A stretch of DNA of 63,364 nt, the filler included, from Pirum gemmata (lineage: Eukaryota): NCBI GenBank assembly GCA_002812295.1. It is 11 parts of 11 records of this genome, joined end to end, with 100 filler letters (N's around TTAATTAATTAA, not from the genome) between each part and the next. Parts side by side here need not be neighbours in the genome. Positions count along the whole stretch, not along the records: positions 8,533 to 13,849 come from PDIN01000590.1; positions 13,950 to 19,351 come from PDIN01000591.1; positions 19,452 to 24,809 come from PDIN01000592.1; 8 more parts are not named here. The stretch is one strand, 5' to 3'. Positions 10,953-24,488 of the stretch are shown here, piece by piece (positions within the stretch are counted from its first letter, which is position 1; each line of letters opens with the position of its first letter). Both the position numbers and the translations under genes were made by a program. The notes below the pieces were generated by a model that saw only the letters and a program-made list of their open reading frames with translations, was not told the origin of the DNA and did not search any database.

Positions 10953-13900
10953 AACCTAAAGGAGTTAAGGCTGCCAGGTAGGGCTATCTTAGTCTACTAC
11001 TAGTAGTAAAGTTAGGCTTAGTTAGAATTTGGTATAATATGACAGTTGGGGTTTAGGTTACGTTCGAATATATTACTGTAAAATCGAACTAATCTAGTCT
11101 ATTTTGCGCATTTTTTGCGTCAGAACAAAGTCATGTCAAGTCTACTGTCTGCTAGCTAGCTAGCCGTCTAATCAATAGCAGGGTGAAGATAGATTATAAT
11201 AGTAGCCTATAGGTGGTTACACAAATAATAATAATAATAATAATAATAATTAATAATAATAATATAATCAATTAATAATAGTTACAATAACAATTATTAT
11301 AATCATCTATATATATAACAACAATAATAATTAATAATAATTAATAATAATGACGTTGAAAATATAATAAGTCAATATTAATAACATTAATATTTTAACA
11401 TGTACAATAGTAATTAATAATAATAATATAGTGATTTTCAGTTGTTTTGCAATCATAAAACATACAATAAATATTAATAGTACCAAAGTATTACAATACA
11501 GATCCATTTCATTTTATTTGGTATATTTTATTATCTATGTATTAACTTTAAAAATATCACTTTAAAGATTATAACGATTCAAATAAATATTCAGAATGAC
11601 AAAATAAAGAAAAAGCACGATAATAATACCGTAATAATAATAATAATTATTATCAACATTAATAACAATGATAATAATAGTTAAAATTATATGATAAAAA
11701 TACATTTCAATTAAAACATATTAACAATGTTATAATAATAATAATATTAATACTAATAATAATAATTAATGGTAATAAACTAATAATAGTAATAATAGTA
11801 TATATAATTGATTAATAATAGAGTATATAATAGTAACAATAAAAATTGAATATTTATTAATAATATTATTAATATTAATAATAACATAGGAATAATCCAA
11901 TAACAACTATGATAATAATTAATAATAATAATTAATAATATAGTAACAATCAATAACCACGTGCACAATAATAATAATTAATAATAATAAATTTAAAAAT
12001 GACAATATTACAATAATAATGTCATATTAATTTTTAAATTAATTATATCCATACAATATAATTATACATATTATTTTCAGTGAAATATACAATAAATAGT
12101 GCCAAATTAATATAATATAAATCCATTTTATAAATTTTGGTATATTTTATTATCTATTTGTATTGATTTAAAAATGTCAATTTAAAGAGTATAAACCTCC
12201 AAATAAATATTTAGTGACAAAATAAATGAAAAACACGATACTAATATAATATGTTTATACCGGTATATATACGTCATATATCGTCATATATTCGTCATAT
12301 ATATTATATAATAACACTATGACGTCATAACGAATAATGCTAATAATAATAAATGAACCAGATGTTGGTCTTTTGGTCGTTTGGGGTTCCTTTGGTATTA
12401 CAACTAATACGAAGTCATTATTATTATTATTAATTATTACTGTTGTTTATTAATTATAATTATATTGTCATTTTAATTTTTATTGATTACTGTTGTTGTT
12501 GTTATTGATCATTACTATAATTATAATATTATATTATAAATATTAATAATTAATAATAATTATATTGTCATTTTAATTTTTATTGATTACTGTTAACGTT
12601 GTTGTTGTTATTGATTATTACTATAATTATAATATTATATTATAAATATTAATTATTAATTATTATTGTTACAATATTATTAAAATATTAATTAATATTT
12701 ATTAATTATATAATACTGTCATTTTTATTATTATTATTTATTATTTATTATTATTATATAACATTATATTGTTGTAATTATTCATTATTATTATCATTTT
12801 AATTAACATTATTGTTGTTTGATAAATATTATTATGATATCAATATTATTATTATTATTATTAATTATCATTAGTGTTATAATACTATTTTTTTTATTAA
12901 TATTAATTATATTTATAATATATATTATATCGACTGATTATTATTATTATTATTGTTTATTATATAAATAATAAATAATATCATATTATGATTATTATAA
13001 TTAACGTTAACAGTATTGATTGTATTAATATTATTACTATTATTAAGTTATTATTGTTTATTATTATCCATTATTCATTATTCATTATTACTACAAAAGC
13101 ATAACATAAAGAAAATAATAAAACTTTTTATTATTTGCCAATTAGCTAGACTTCAAATATTATAAAATAAAACATAATATTGTATATATTATAAATCATA
13201 TGAAGTTGGTCCAATTCATCTTATAATATAATTATCATAATATTAATATTTTAATTATTAATAATTGAAAAAATTAAATTCAATTCATAAAACAGATATA
13301 AAAAAAATATAATAAAGAAAGATTATTTTTTATTAATATAGTAAAAATACAGTAATGATTATTGGTAAACATCGAAAGTTGTCGAACCATTTTTGAACAA
13401 ATTCTACATTGAATGACGCTTACTGCGTCACTTTTAAAAATTATTACAAAAATCCAAATTGACTTAATTCCGACTTTACACTATATTAGTCTAATCTATT
13501 TACTTATTAGGATAACTTAATACTAATAAAGAAAACTTGTCTCTTACTCAGCCACAGTTATCACGTGCACACTCTAAACTTCTCCGAATTCTGCCCGGGC
13601 AGAATTTGGCTCAAAAAAAAAATTTTTTTTATTTATATTTTCTAGTTTCTTGCGAAATACCTATATTCTACCCATAATTTTATTATTCGTTTGAAAATAG
13701 AAAATTCGAACATATCTAATTGTTTATAAGTTTGAAAGTTTTTTATTATCATTATCTATTACCTTTTTTTTTAATCAAAAAGCTAAAATTTCTACAGTAT
13801 TTCTACCCCCATTTTTTTAAAAAAAAAAATTAAAAAAAAAAAAAAAAAANNNNNNNNNNNNNNNNNNNNNNNNNNNNNNNNNNNNNNNNNNNNTTAATTA

Positions 13901-13953
13901 ATTAANNNNNNNNNNNNNNNNNNNNNNNNNNNNNNNNNNNNNNNNNNNNTATA

Positions 13954-14136
13954 TCGTTTTTTTCCAGTTCAAAAACTGAAGTAAACTTACCAAATTATTA
14001 TTATGGTTAAACTAAATGGCAAGTTTTAATTAATTTGGTATTTTATTACTAATATTTTGTTTTATAAACAAGTTCAATTATGCACTTAAAAAGTACCAAT
14101 TAAAGATTGAGAGGACAGCTATAATGAAATAGACGA
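13954..14136 (-). mobile_element. MITE family E copy
   Basis: Shares 'ccagttcaaaaactgaa' and 'aatgaaatagacga' with the reverse complement of 43511-43696; TA on both sides. Confidence 0.7.
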
Positions 14137-15400
14137 TAATGTTGAAATATCCTACCTTTACTAATTATATCCAACTTTTTCAAGGTTTAGTAGGATATTT
14201 ACCTTAATAACTTGGAGAATTTCTTAATTAATATAATATTTAAAAGTAGGATAAATAGGATAACTTACCAAAATATCTTACTTTCACTCCACCTAAGCTA
14301 GCTAAATAGTCATATTATTACGATTACGTAACAATTTTGTCACTCCAGTTTTTTTTTTTGGTATTATTTTGAATTAGTAAATAAATAATATAACATGCCA
14401 GATTAGAATAAAAAATCCGCGGTATTTTTAATTTGGTAAGTAATAATGTTTGTTGATAGCTTGACTACCGTGTCTAGTCTAGCTAGACTAGCTAGACTAC
14501 TGCGGCAGGTAGTGGACAGCCCAACTATCCACGTAGGCAAAAGCTTCTACTCGATTTCTTTTTTTTTTTCGATCAGCTCATCTTTTGAATCTTCAATATT
14601 CCAAATTTCAAATATATGACGTCACATTTCCCAAAACAACAACTGTGCTTTTATCATAATTATTTTTCATTTTTATATTATCACTCAGAATATTTATTTG
14701 GCTGGTTATAATATTTAAATTGTCATTTTTAAATGAATAAATAGATAACAAAAGTTACCTAATTAAATGAAACGGATTTTCATTTTGTTAATTTGGTACT
14801 ATTTATTGTATATTTTATGATGACAAAGTCTATGGATTATTTTTGGTAGGTCTAGACTAGAGTCTATATTGTTGTAAAGGTAAATGATGTATACTAATAA
14901 TTGAAACCCAATCTTTAATTTGGTATTATTTAGTGTATAATTGGACTTTTTTATAAAATAAAACATTAAGTATAAAATACCAAATTAATTAAAACATGTC
15001 CGATAGTTTAGCCATAATAATAAATTGGTTACTTTTATTTCAGTTTTTGAACTGGGCAACACGAGTCTCGCTTTCCCTATTATTTATTTAAAAATGACGT
15101 AATTTCTGAACTCTCCCTTTTTTTTATGATTGATTCGAAACCTTAAAAAACGTTTTTGAGCTAAATCGAAGTTTGAAAAATATAAAAAAAAACTTATGAT
15201 CTCGATCTAAAGATTTAACCAGGAGCAAACAATTAAAAAACGACTAACTATTGGGTTTTACTAAGACTTTTTTAAGTTTTCGAATATAACTAATTTATAG
15301 ATTTGAAAAGACTTGACTTTTTAAAATTAGTAAAAAAAGTTGGGCGTTTTTAGTCTTTGTGCATTTGCACCAGTTCTGAACAACATCTCAGTATATCTCT

Positions 15401-15440
<40 letters not shown>

Positions 15441-16281
15441 TAGAACGATTAATAGCCAATCGCAGTTTTGGGATCGAAATTTCGGGCTTTTGACAGCTAA
15501 CAAATAGAAAACGTACTGGACCTGGTGGTGGTTACAACCACTTTGTATATATAATATATCTCTGATATGATATTAAATAATTATTTTTTAAAAATCTTTA
15601 TCATTATTATGTCATATTAATAATTCCAAGCCAAACTTTGACTACGAAATTGACTACTATTCCGAACACTCGTTTAATTAAACAATTTGTTGGGCCGTAA
15701 TACTATCGTAATACGGCTATGGCTCATGATCATACAATAACCTATATTATTAACTTCATTATTAACTTCAACAACCAACAACCAACAACACAACGACCTA
15801 AAATCAGCAATATGAACAACCAACAATCATCAACCAAAAGCCGATTAATATTAATTGCTAACAACCAACAACCAATTACAACAACCTATATATATAATAA
15901 TATATATATAGCTACAATCAATAACCAGCAACCAGCAACCAGCAACCAAGCTAACATGTACACCTAACGTTAACGTTAATTAACTTCAGTACTAGTAAGT
16001 ATAACCAGCAAACAAATTAGAAATTAATATTAATATATATTACTTTCACAATAACCAATAACCAACATAAGCATTGTATGTCCATGTACAACTACCATTA
16101 TCAATCTTCAGAAACCAACAAACATGTTTTAATTAATTAAAAAGTTTGAGTTTTGGAGAATTGCAATTGTCTATTTCTATTTTTGCAGTAGTTTATGGTC
16201 TAATTTTGCAAAAGTTCAAAGTAAATTATGATATTAATAGTCAGACTCTACACTCTAATACAGAACAGATCTAGAATAAAG

Positions 16282-16304
16282 CAAGGACTTCAATGAAGTC
16301 CTTG
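16282..16304. mobile_element. 23-bp CA...TG hairpin with 7-bp TSD (P-like footprint or micro-element)
   Basis: AATAAAG-CAAGGACTTC-AAT-GAAGTCCTTG-AATAAAG. Confidence 0.65.
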
Positions 16305-16858
16305 AATAAAGTCAAAGCTGTAGTCAGACAGTAGTCTACTCGCCACTTTAATAGGCTGTCAGAGGCCAGTGGTTAGGGTTGATTAGGGTTGATTAGTTGC
16401 GGCTATTAGGATTATTAGTTAGGGCTATTAAGGTTATAATCCGGTTATTATTAAAAGGCTGTTATGAGGTTAAGGTAAAGGTTAAGGTTATAATTAGGGT
16501 TAGGGTTAGGATAGGGAGTGGGTTGCAAAAATTAATTTTGATGATTCAAACTTCGACCATCCTTCTTTATTATACAAATTAAATATATTAATTAATAATA
16601 TTATAGTGCATTTCATATAATAAATAGTACCAAATTAATACAATAAACATCCATTTAATTTAATTTGGTATATTTTATTATCTATATATTGATTTAAAAA
16701 TGTCAATTTAAAGATTATAACCCTCAACCTCAATCAATATACCGGTAAATTGCCTAGGGTAAATTGCGGTAATAATAGAGATCAATAATAATTATTTATC
16801 ATATATAGTCTAGCTAGAGCCTATGTCTATCATACGTAATTAAGCTATCATAGCGTAA

Positions 16859-17130
16859 GGGAGCGTTCAATAATTACGTAACGCTGGGGGGTAGGTAGGG
16901 GGGGTCGGATTTTTGTGACTGGCCGTGACGCAGTAGGGGGGTAGGTTTTCGTAATATGACATAACGCAAAAAAAAATACATATATATTATATTATGACAG
17001 GGAATTTAGGGTACTATTTTTTCCAAATCGTTACGTCATAAGGGGTAGGTAGTCCTTCTCAAACGTTACACGGGGGTAGTAGGGTAGGTTTTTGTCCCAA
17101 ATTGGCGTTACGTAATTATTGAACGCTCCC
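16859..17130. mobile_element. PIF/Harbinger-type MITE, 272-bp variant related to family B
   Basis: Perfect TIR GGGAGCGTTCAATAATTACGTAACGC; 3-bp TSD TAA. Confidence 0.9.
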
Positions 17131-17351
17131 TAATTAAATTAAGAAATCCACGGTCTTAAAAATAGAATTTCAAAGTTTTATTTATATGGTTTTTAAATGA
17201 CCAAAAACGGTAAAAAGTCTTAATTGTTACTTAATTTGGTTATTGATTGACTTTTATAATACAAGTATTGTAGCTAGACTATTGTGCTTTTCATTTATTT
17301 AGTTGGTACCAGTACCGGTACTCGACTTTTTTTCTACTTTTTTTTCTTTTC

Positions 17352-17462
<111 letters not shown>

Positions 17463-17772
17463 NNNNNNNNNNNNNNNNNNNNNNNNNNNNNNNNNNNNNN
17501 NNNNNNNNNNNNNNNNNNNNNNNNNNNNNNNNNNNNNNNNNNNNNNAAAAAAAAAATTTTTTCGAACGGAGCTGAATTTTGGCTTTTTTGACAGAAGAAA
17601 TTTGAGTTTTCGGGCTTGAGCAGAATTGGGAGAGGTGGCGAGGGCTACTGCCAGATTTGAATTTACTAAATATGGAAATATATATAAAGTGATAAAAAAA
17701 TCAAGAAAAATAATTATAAATAAATAACCAGGCTAGGCTACCAGGGGGTTTTTTTTTTTTAACTTTAAAATA

Positions 17773-18004
17773 ATACCAAGCCGGATAAAAATGGCGACAT
17801 CCCTTATGAGCTCAAAAATCCAAAAAAATCTTAAAATGAACCAATTTTCATAAAAGTACTACCAAATTTTGATAAATAGGCTAACTAAGAAACTCTATTA
17901 TTAACCAAAGGCTACTTTTTAAAAACAATTTGGCTAGTTATTATTAAAAGAAGTCTAAAAAAAAATTGATTTCTATATTTCTACAGTTTTATCCGGTTTG
18001 AGTG
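17773..18004 (+). mobile_element. MITE family D copy
   Basis: CCAAGCCGGATAAAA...TTTTATCCGGTTTG; internal 'gagctcaaaaatccaaaaa'; TTAA at right end. Confidence 0.8.
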
Positions 18005-18439
18005 TTAAAAAAAATAATAAAAATGTTCAGATTCCCTGTTCAGTTGTTCAGGCTCTACAAGATCAACCAACTGACAAGATCAATAACAATCATATTTACA
18101 ATACTATTAAAATTTGGTTAGGGTTAGGGTTAGGGTTAGGGTTAGGGTTAGGGTCTAATAGGGTTAGGGTTAGGGTTAGGGTTAGGGTTAAAATTTTATT
18201 TATTTATTTGATAGTTTATATTGATATTTATTATAAATAATAATTATCATATCAATAATAATTTATATAAATATTGATGAGTAAGAGTTTATAATAAATA
18301 AAATTTAATATTTATATATACTCTTGATCATGATAATAATAATACTGATTCTAAATTAAAGTATTAATTAAAATAAAGAACGCTAGCTAGCTAGACTAGA
18401 TCGATAAAAAGAACACGAAGACAAAAACATATATATATC

Positions 18440-18546
18440 GGTTAAGGTTAAGGTTAAGGTTAAGGTTAAGGTTAAGGTTAAGGTTAAGGTTAAGATTAAG
18501 GTGAAGGCTAAGGTTAAGGTTAAGGTTAAGGTTAAGGTAAAGGTTA
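18440..18546 (+). repeat. (TTAAGG)n microsatellite
   Basis: About 17 hexamers, one substitution from TTAGGG. Confidence 0.95.
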
Positions 18547-18805
18547 AATATATATAGATCAGAATACATATTATCTATAGTAATTTATTTATAAAATAGT
18601 AACATTAATATTTTTGTATTTTATAAGTTATTAATATTATTATTCTCTACATTGTGCACGACGAATATATTTATATTTTTATTTATCGATATAATAATTT
18701 ATTTATAAACGTAAATCCCACCCTAACTTAGGAGTCAGGACGTCCTTGCTGATAACTTGGCAAAGAACAATCGAACAATCGAACAATCAAACAAGCAAAT
18801 ATTAA

Positions 18806-19020
18806 TAGGGGTACTGGAACTTTTTTCGAACAGATGCTTATCGAGCCAGCCTTAGTTCCGTGTTCCTTACTAATAATAGCAGTTAAATAGCTTAAAACAG
18901 TAAATCTAATTATAGTAGATACCAATTAAAATAATATTATTAACATTAATAGTAATAAAAATCATAAAAATCGGAAAAATTCCGGCAGCTGTTCGGTAAT
19001 AATTAAATGACGTCATCTCA
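18806..19020 (+). mobile_element. MITE family A, end-eroded copy
   Basis: Core 'ctggaacttttttcgaacagatgcttatcgagcca...ttccggcagctgttcggtaat...tgacgtcatctca'. Confidence 0.85.
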
Positions 19021-19476
19021 ATATTGTGCATCTTGTGACTATCTTGTGATTCTTGTGAACTTGTCAATGTCTTGAAAATTATTGCCTTTTTTTTTTATTC
19101 ATTTATTATATAGACTAGCCGGTAGACTGTTTAAAAGTACTCTTTCCTTTTTATATAGTATTATAATATAGCTATCATATATAATATTATGATGTATAAA
19201 CAATAAATAAAAAGCCTCTATCTATTATCCCAATGATACACTAACCCTAACCCTAACACTAACACTAAGCCTAAGCCTAAGCCTAACCTTAAGCCTAAGC
19301 CTAACCCTAACCCTAACCGTAACCGTAACCGTAACCGTAACCGTAACCGTANNNNNNNNNNNNNNNNNNNNNNNNNNNNNNNNNNNNNNNNNNNNTTAAT
19401 TAATTAANNNNNNNNNNNNNNNNNNNNNNNNNNNNNNNNNNNNNNNNNNNNAATAATAATAATAATAATACATTAG

Positions 19477-19687
19477 AGCAAACACAAGAGGAAAAAGGTC
19501 TTGGTTTACAGGGGGGTCGCCTTTGCATAGTAAAGAGAAACCAGAAGATCCACAACAAAAAATAAAAGAGATGGAAGCACAAGTAGTAGCCGAAGAAAAA
19601 CAAAAAAAAGAAGAATTAAAAATTGCTAAAAAATTACAAAAAGAAAAACAAAAAGAAGATGAGGGAAAAACTAGCAGTTGGTGGTAA
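19477..19687 (+). CDS. Probable last exon of an unidentified protein (Lys/Glu-rich tail ending SSWW)
   Basis: Acceptor cattag after an AAT microsatellite; 69 open codons ANTRGKRSWFTGGSPLHSKEKPEDPQQKIKEMEAQ...EDEGKTSSWW*; higher GC than flanks. Confidence 0.6.
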
Positions 19688-21165
19688 TGATAATTTTTTA
19701 TTTGGTTATTTAGTGATTTTAAATAATTTGTGTTTTTTTTTTTTAAAAAAATATGAAAAATGAAATATAAAAAATAACAAATTAATCAATTTGTATCCGT
19801 GAACAACAAAATAAGATGAGGGAAAAACTAGCAGTTGGTGGTAATGATGATTTTTTATTTGGTTATTTGGTAGTTTTTAAATAATTTGTGTTGTTTTTTT
19901 TTAAAAAAATATGAAACACGAAATATAAAAAAGTAACAAATTAATCAATTTGTATCCGTGAACGACAAAATAAGATGAGGGAAAAACTAGCAGTTAGTGG
20001 TAATGATGATTTTTTATTTGGTTATTTGGTAGTTTTTAAATAATTTAGTGTGTGTGTTTTTTTTTAATATGAAAAACGAAATATAAATGGTAACAAATTA
20101 ATCAATTTGTATCCGTGGACAACAAAATGAAAAAGAAGATAAGGGAAAAACTAGCAGTTGGTGGTAATGTCGTATACAGAATGTATCATTTTGGTTGTGT
20201 TCTTTCTATTTTTTATTTTGTAATTTTTAAATAATTTGATGTTTTTTAATATGAAAAACTTAATATAAAACATTGCAAATTAATGATTTGTATCCGTGAA
20301 CAACAAAATGAAGAAGAAGAAAAGTTAATATAAAACATTGCAAATTAATCAATTTGTATCCGTGAACAACAAAATGAAGAAGAAGAAAAAAGAATAGTGC
20401 AATATCTTTTTGTTTGTATTCCTTTGATTTTTTATTTGGTAATTTTTAAATAATTCCTTCTATTTTTTATTTGGTAGTTTTTAAATAATTTAGTGTTTTT
20501 TAATATGAAAAACGGAATATAAACAATAGGAAGTTAATCAATTTGTATCCGTGAACAGCAAAATGAAGAAAAAGAATATGAAGGAAAAACGGGCAGCTGG
20601 TGGTAATGTCGTATATAGAACATATCATTTTGTTTGTGTTCTTTCGATTTTTTATTTGGTAGTGTTTAAATATGAAAAACGAAACGTAAAAAATAGCAAA
20701 TAACTCAATTTGTATCCGTGAAAAACAAAATGAAGAGTAAAAAAAAAAAATAGAGGAATAACTAGCAATATAAAATAGTGGATATCATTTTGTTTTTGTT
20801 CCTTCGATTTCTTTTATTTGGTAGTTTTTAAATAATTTGGTGTTTTTTAATATTGAAAACGAAATATAAAAAATACCAAATTAATCAATTTGTATCCGTG
20901 AACAAAAAAATGAAGAGGAGGAAAAAAAAAAAGAACATTTAATGGTAATATAAAATGTAGTGATTATCAAAATTGTTTGTGTTTCTTCGATTTTTTTATT
21001 TGGTAGTTTTCATTTTTAATTTGGTGTTTTTTAATATAAAAGAACAAATATAAAAAATAGCCAAATACTGAATTTATAGGAACATTTATATCCTTGGAAC
21101 AACAAAATGAAGAAGAGGAAAAAAAGAACTGTGATATCATTTTGTTTGTGTTCCTTCAATTTTTA
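19655..21165 (+). repeat. Tandem decaying copies of the exon end plus 3' flank, unit about 155-185 bp
   Basis: 'gatgagggaaaaactagcagttggtggtaatg'-like block in 5 copies; 'aatttgtatccgtgaacaacaaaat'-like block in about 9. Confidence 0.92.
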
Positions 21166-21422
21166 TTAGTAAGTAAGTTGGCTCGATAAGCATCTGTTCG
21201 AAAAAAGTTCTAGTAGATATCTCCCTGTAGATATCTCACCCCTACGTGCTTTTCAGTCATTTTGTCATAATAAAATATACAATAAAAAGTACCCAATTAA
21301 TACAATATAAATCCATTTTATTTGATTTGGTATATTTTATCATCTATTTATTCGTTTAAAAATGTCAATTTAAAGGTTATAANNNNNNNNNNNNNNNNNN
21401 NNNNNNNNNNNNNNNNNNNNNN

Positions 21423-21533
<111 letters not shown>

Positions 21534-21613
21534 CCCTAGAAAAATTGCCCAACAAATAAAACAAAAACTGGTCAAAATTCGATATAGACTACTAGTAACT
21601 ATCAATAGACTAC

Positions 21614-21669
<56 letters not shown>

Positions 21670-24003
21670 ATTATCATTACTATCACTATTATTATTATAT
21701 TTATATATCGAAGTGGTCTTCGATATATATATTACCCTACTAGACTATAAAAATAAACCACTTATATAAACCCCCAATTATTAATTTGGTAGTTATAATC
21801 TTTAAATTGACATTTTTAAAAATCAATTCATAAATAATAAAACATACCAAATTGAATTAAATGAATTAATTTGGTAGCATTTATTGTAGACTGTATCTTT
21901 TAAATTTATGAATGACAAAACAACTGAAAATGTTATGATAAGCACTAGTCTAGCTAGGTAGACCCCCTGGACTAGCTACTAGCTAGACCCCCTGGACTAG
22001 CTACTAAACCCCCTGGACTATAGAAAGACTGTGGAAAGAGTGCTATTATACTAAAGTATATATATCCGATATAGTATTGACCTGCTTTTCATTTATTTTG
22101 CCACTTAGATTATTTATTTGGTACTTTTAAGTTTATAAACGTGGTTATTTTAAATTTAAATTTAAATATAAATTATTAATTAAACACGCCAAGTTAATTA
22201 AATTGTATCAAATAAATTTGATATAGTATTAATATTAATTAACTTGGTATTTATTGTTGCGTATTCTATTATGACAAAGTAACTAAAAGGGGTAGACGGT
22301 TAGGGATAGTTAGTGAACATTCATAAAAATGATGTCACTTATATTCTTTGATAAAAGTCATTGCTCGAAAGTGTGACTTAAATTGTTTTAGGCAGTAATT
22401 AATTATTAAAATGAACTTTAAAATTATGACCAAAAGTGTTTTGGGCAAAGAGGCANNNNNNNNNNNNNNNNNNNNNNNNNNNNNNNNNNNNNNNNNNNNN
22501 NNNNNNNNNNNNNNNNNNNNNNNNNNNNNNNNNNNNNNNNNNNNNNNNNNNNNNNNNNNNNNNNNNNNNNNNNNNNNNNNNNNNNNNNNNNNNNNNNNNN
22601 NNNNNNNNNNNNNNNNNNNNNNNNNNNNNNNNNNNNNNNNNNNNNNNNNNNNNNNNNNNNNTGGTTGTTTATAATACTTAAATTGATACTTTTAAAAAAA
22701 TAAATATATAATAAAATATACCAAATTAAATGAAATGGATTTATATTGTATTAATTTGGTATTATTTATTGTATTTTTTATGATGATAAAACAACTGAAA
22801 AGTACTATATATCGTAATGAAATCAAAAGTGAGTCAATACTTAAAAAATAAATTAGATCGAAAAATTTCGAAAATTTCGAACTACTAGTAGTTAATTCTT
22901 CTTTCTTCTTTTATCGTATAGTAGACTATTATTATATAAATAATTATCTATAAATAAATATTTTTTAAACTATGATAATATTATTATGATAAATATATAT
23001 AAAGTATAAATAATAATAAAGTAAAGTTCTAGCTATAGTCTATGATAGTATAGATATAAGTATCACATCTTACCTATGCCACTTTGCCCAAAACACTTTT
23101 GGTCATAATTTTAAAGTTCATTTTAATAATTAATTACTGCCTAAAACAATTTAAAGTCACACTTTCGAGCAATGACTTTTATCAAAGAATAAGTGACGTC
23201 ATTTATGAATATTCACTAATTACTATCCCTAACCGTCTACCCCTTTTAGTTACTTTGTCATAATAGAATTTTCTCCAACGTTTTTTATTTTAAAATTAAT
23301 TAATTAATAAAATAATTATCGGATAGCGTTAATTTACAAGTTTAGGGTTAGGGTTAGAAATAGTCTACTAACTACAGTGTTACTGTATTAGTGTTAGGTT
23401 TAGGTGTGCCTAGGGGTGGGGGGTCTACGGTAAAATTAATAATTATTTAGAAATAAAAATTCAAGCATAATATTAATATTATTAATACCATTTACAATAT
23501 TTTAAGAATAACAATAATTTCAATATCATGAAATCACAGAAGAGAATTCGAACAAACATATTATATTATTGTAAATACTTTCTTGTCCTATGCTATAATT
23601 GCTATTAGACTATTATAACCCGAACTCTACTAACCCTAACCCTAAGGGAGAGTTCATATAATACGTCACGTCAAGGGGTAGGTAAGTAGGCGGTATTTGA
23701 CTGGAAATTAACATCAAGGGGTAGGTAGGTAGGGGTATTTGAAGCTGTACTTGAACAACTGTAATGAAATAGACGACAGCTTTTTTTAGTTCATGGTATT
23801 TCATTTATTTTGTCACTCTGAATATTTATTTGGAGGGTTATAATCTTTAAATTGACATTTTTAAATCAATACATAGATAATAAAACATACCAAATTAAAC
23901 TAAATGGGTTTATATTGTATTAATTTGGTACTATTTATTGTATATTTTATGCACTAACTAACTACTAACTAATACTATAAGTCTATAAAAGTATAAGTCT
24001 ATA

Positions 24004-24235
24004 AGGAGGGGTGAGCACCCTTTGCGAACATTTAAGGGCGAGGGGTGAAGTGCCACTTCGCAGTTCCCATAAATAGTATTTATATAGCTATAAATAGTCG
24101 CTACTATTTTTAGAAGCTTCTATTAATAGTTGCTATTATACTATTTAAAGTAATTTTAATCACAAAAATTTCATTTTGGCGAACTTTTGGTACCAGAGCC
24201 TTCAATTAGTAAAATGACGTCATCTCATCCCTCCT
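24004..24235. mobile_element. 232-bp MITE with family A-type ends and a different interior
   Basis: AGGAGGGGTGAG...TGACGTCATCTCATCCCTCCT; perfect 8-bp TSD AGTCTATA. A partial inverted copy lies at about 24915-25016 on the next scaffold. Confidence 0.85.
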
Positions 24236-24256
24236 AGTCTATACTATCTATAGTAC

Positions 24257-24488
24257 AGAGGGATGAGATGACGTCATCTTATCAATTGGATAATTTCCAG
24301 AAATTTTCCTAAAGTTACTATAAATAGTATAATAAACTCTTTTTAAAGTAACTACTTAAATAGGTAGTTACTAAATAAATAACTGCAAATACTAAATATG
24401 GTAAGGCGAAACAGGCGAACAACATTTACTTTGTGCCTCGGTCAAAAAAGTTCGCAATAGACGGGTCTAAGAGTTCTCACCCCTCCCT
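24257..24488. mobile_element. Second 232-bp MITE with family A-type ends
   Basis: AGAGGGATGAGATGACGTCA...CTCACCCCTCCCT; perfect 8-bp TSD TATAGTAC. Confidence 0.8.

Noticed and set aside
12355..12415. GC-richer patch as a micro-exon (minus strand VIPKEPQTTKRPTSG)
   Set aside because: No convincing donor, partner exon or homology.
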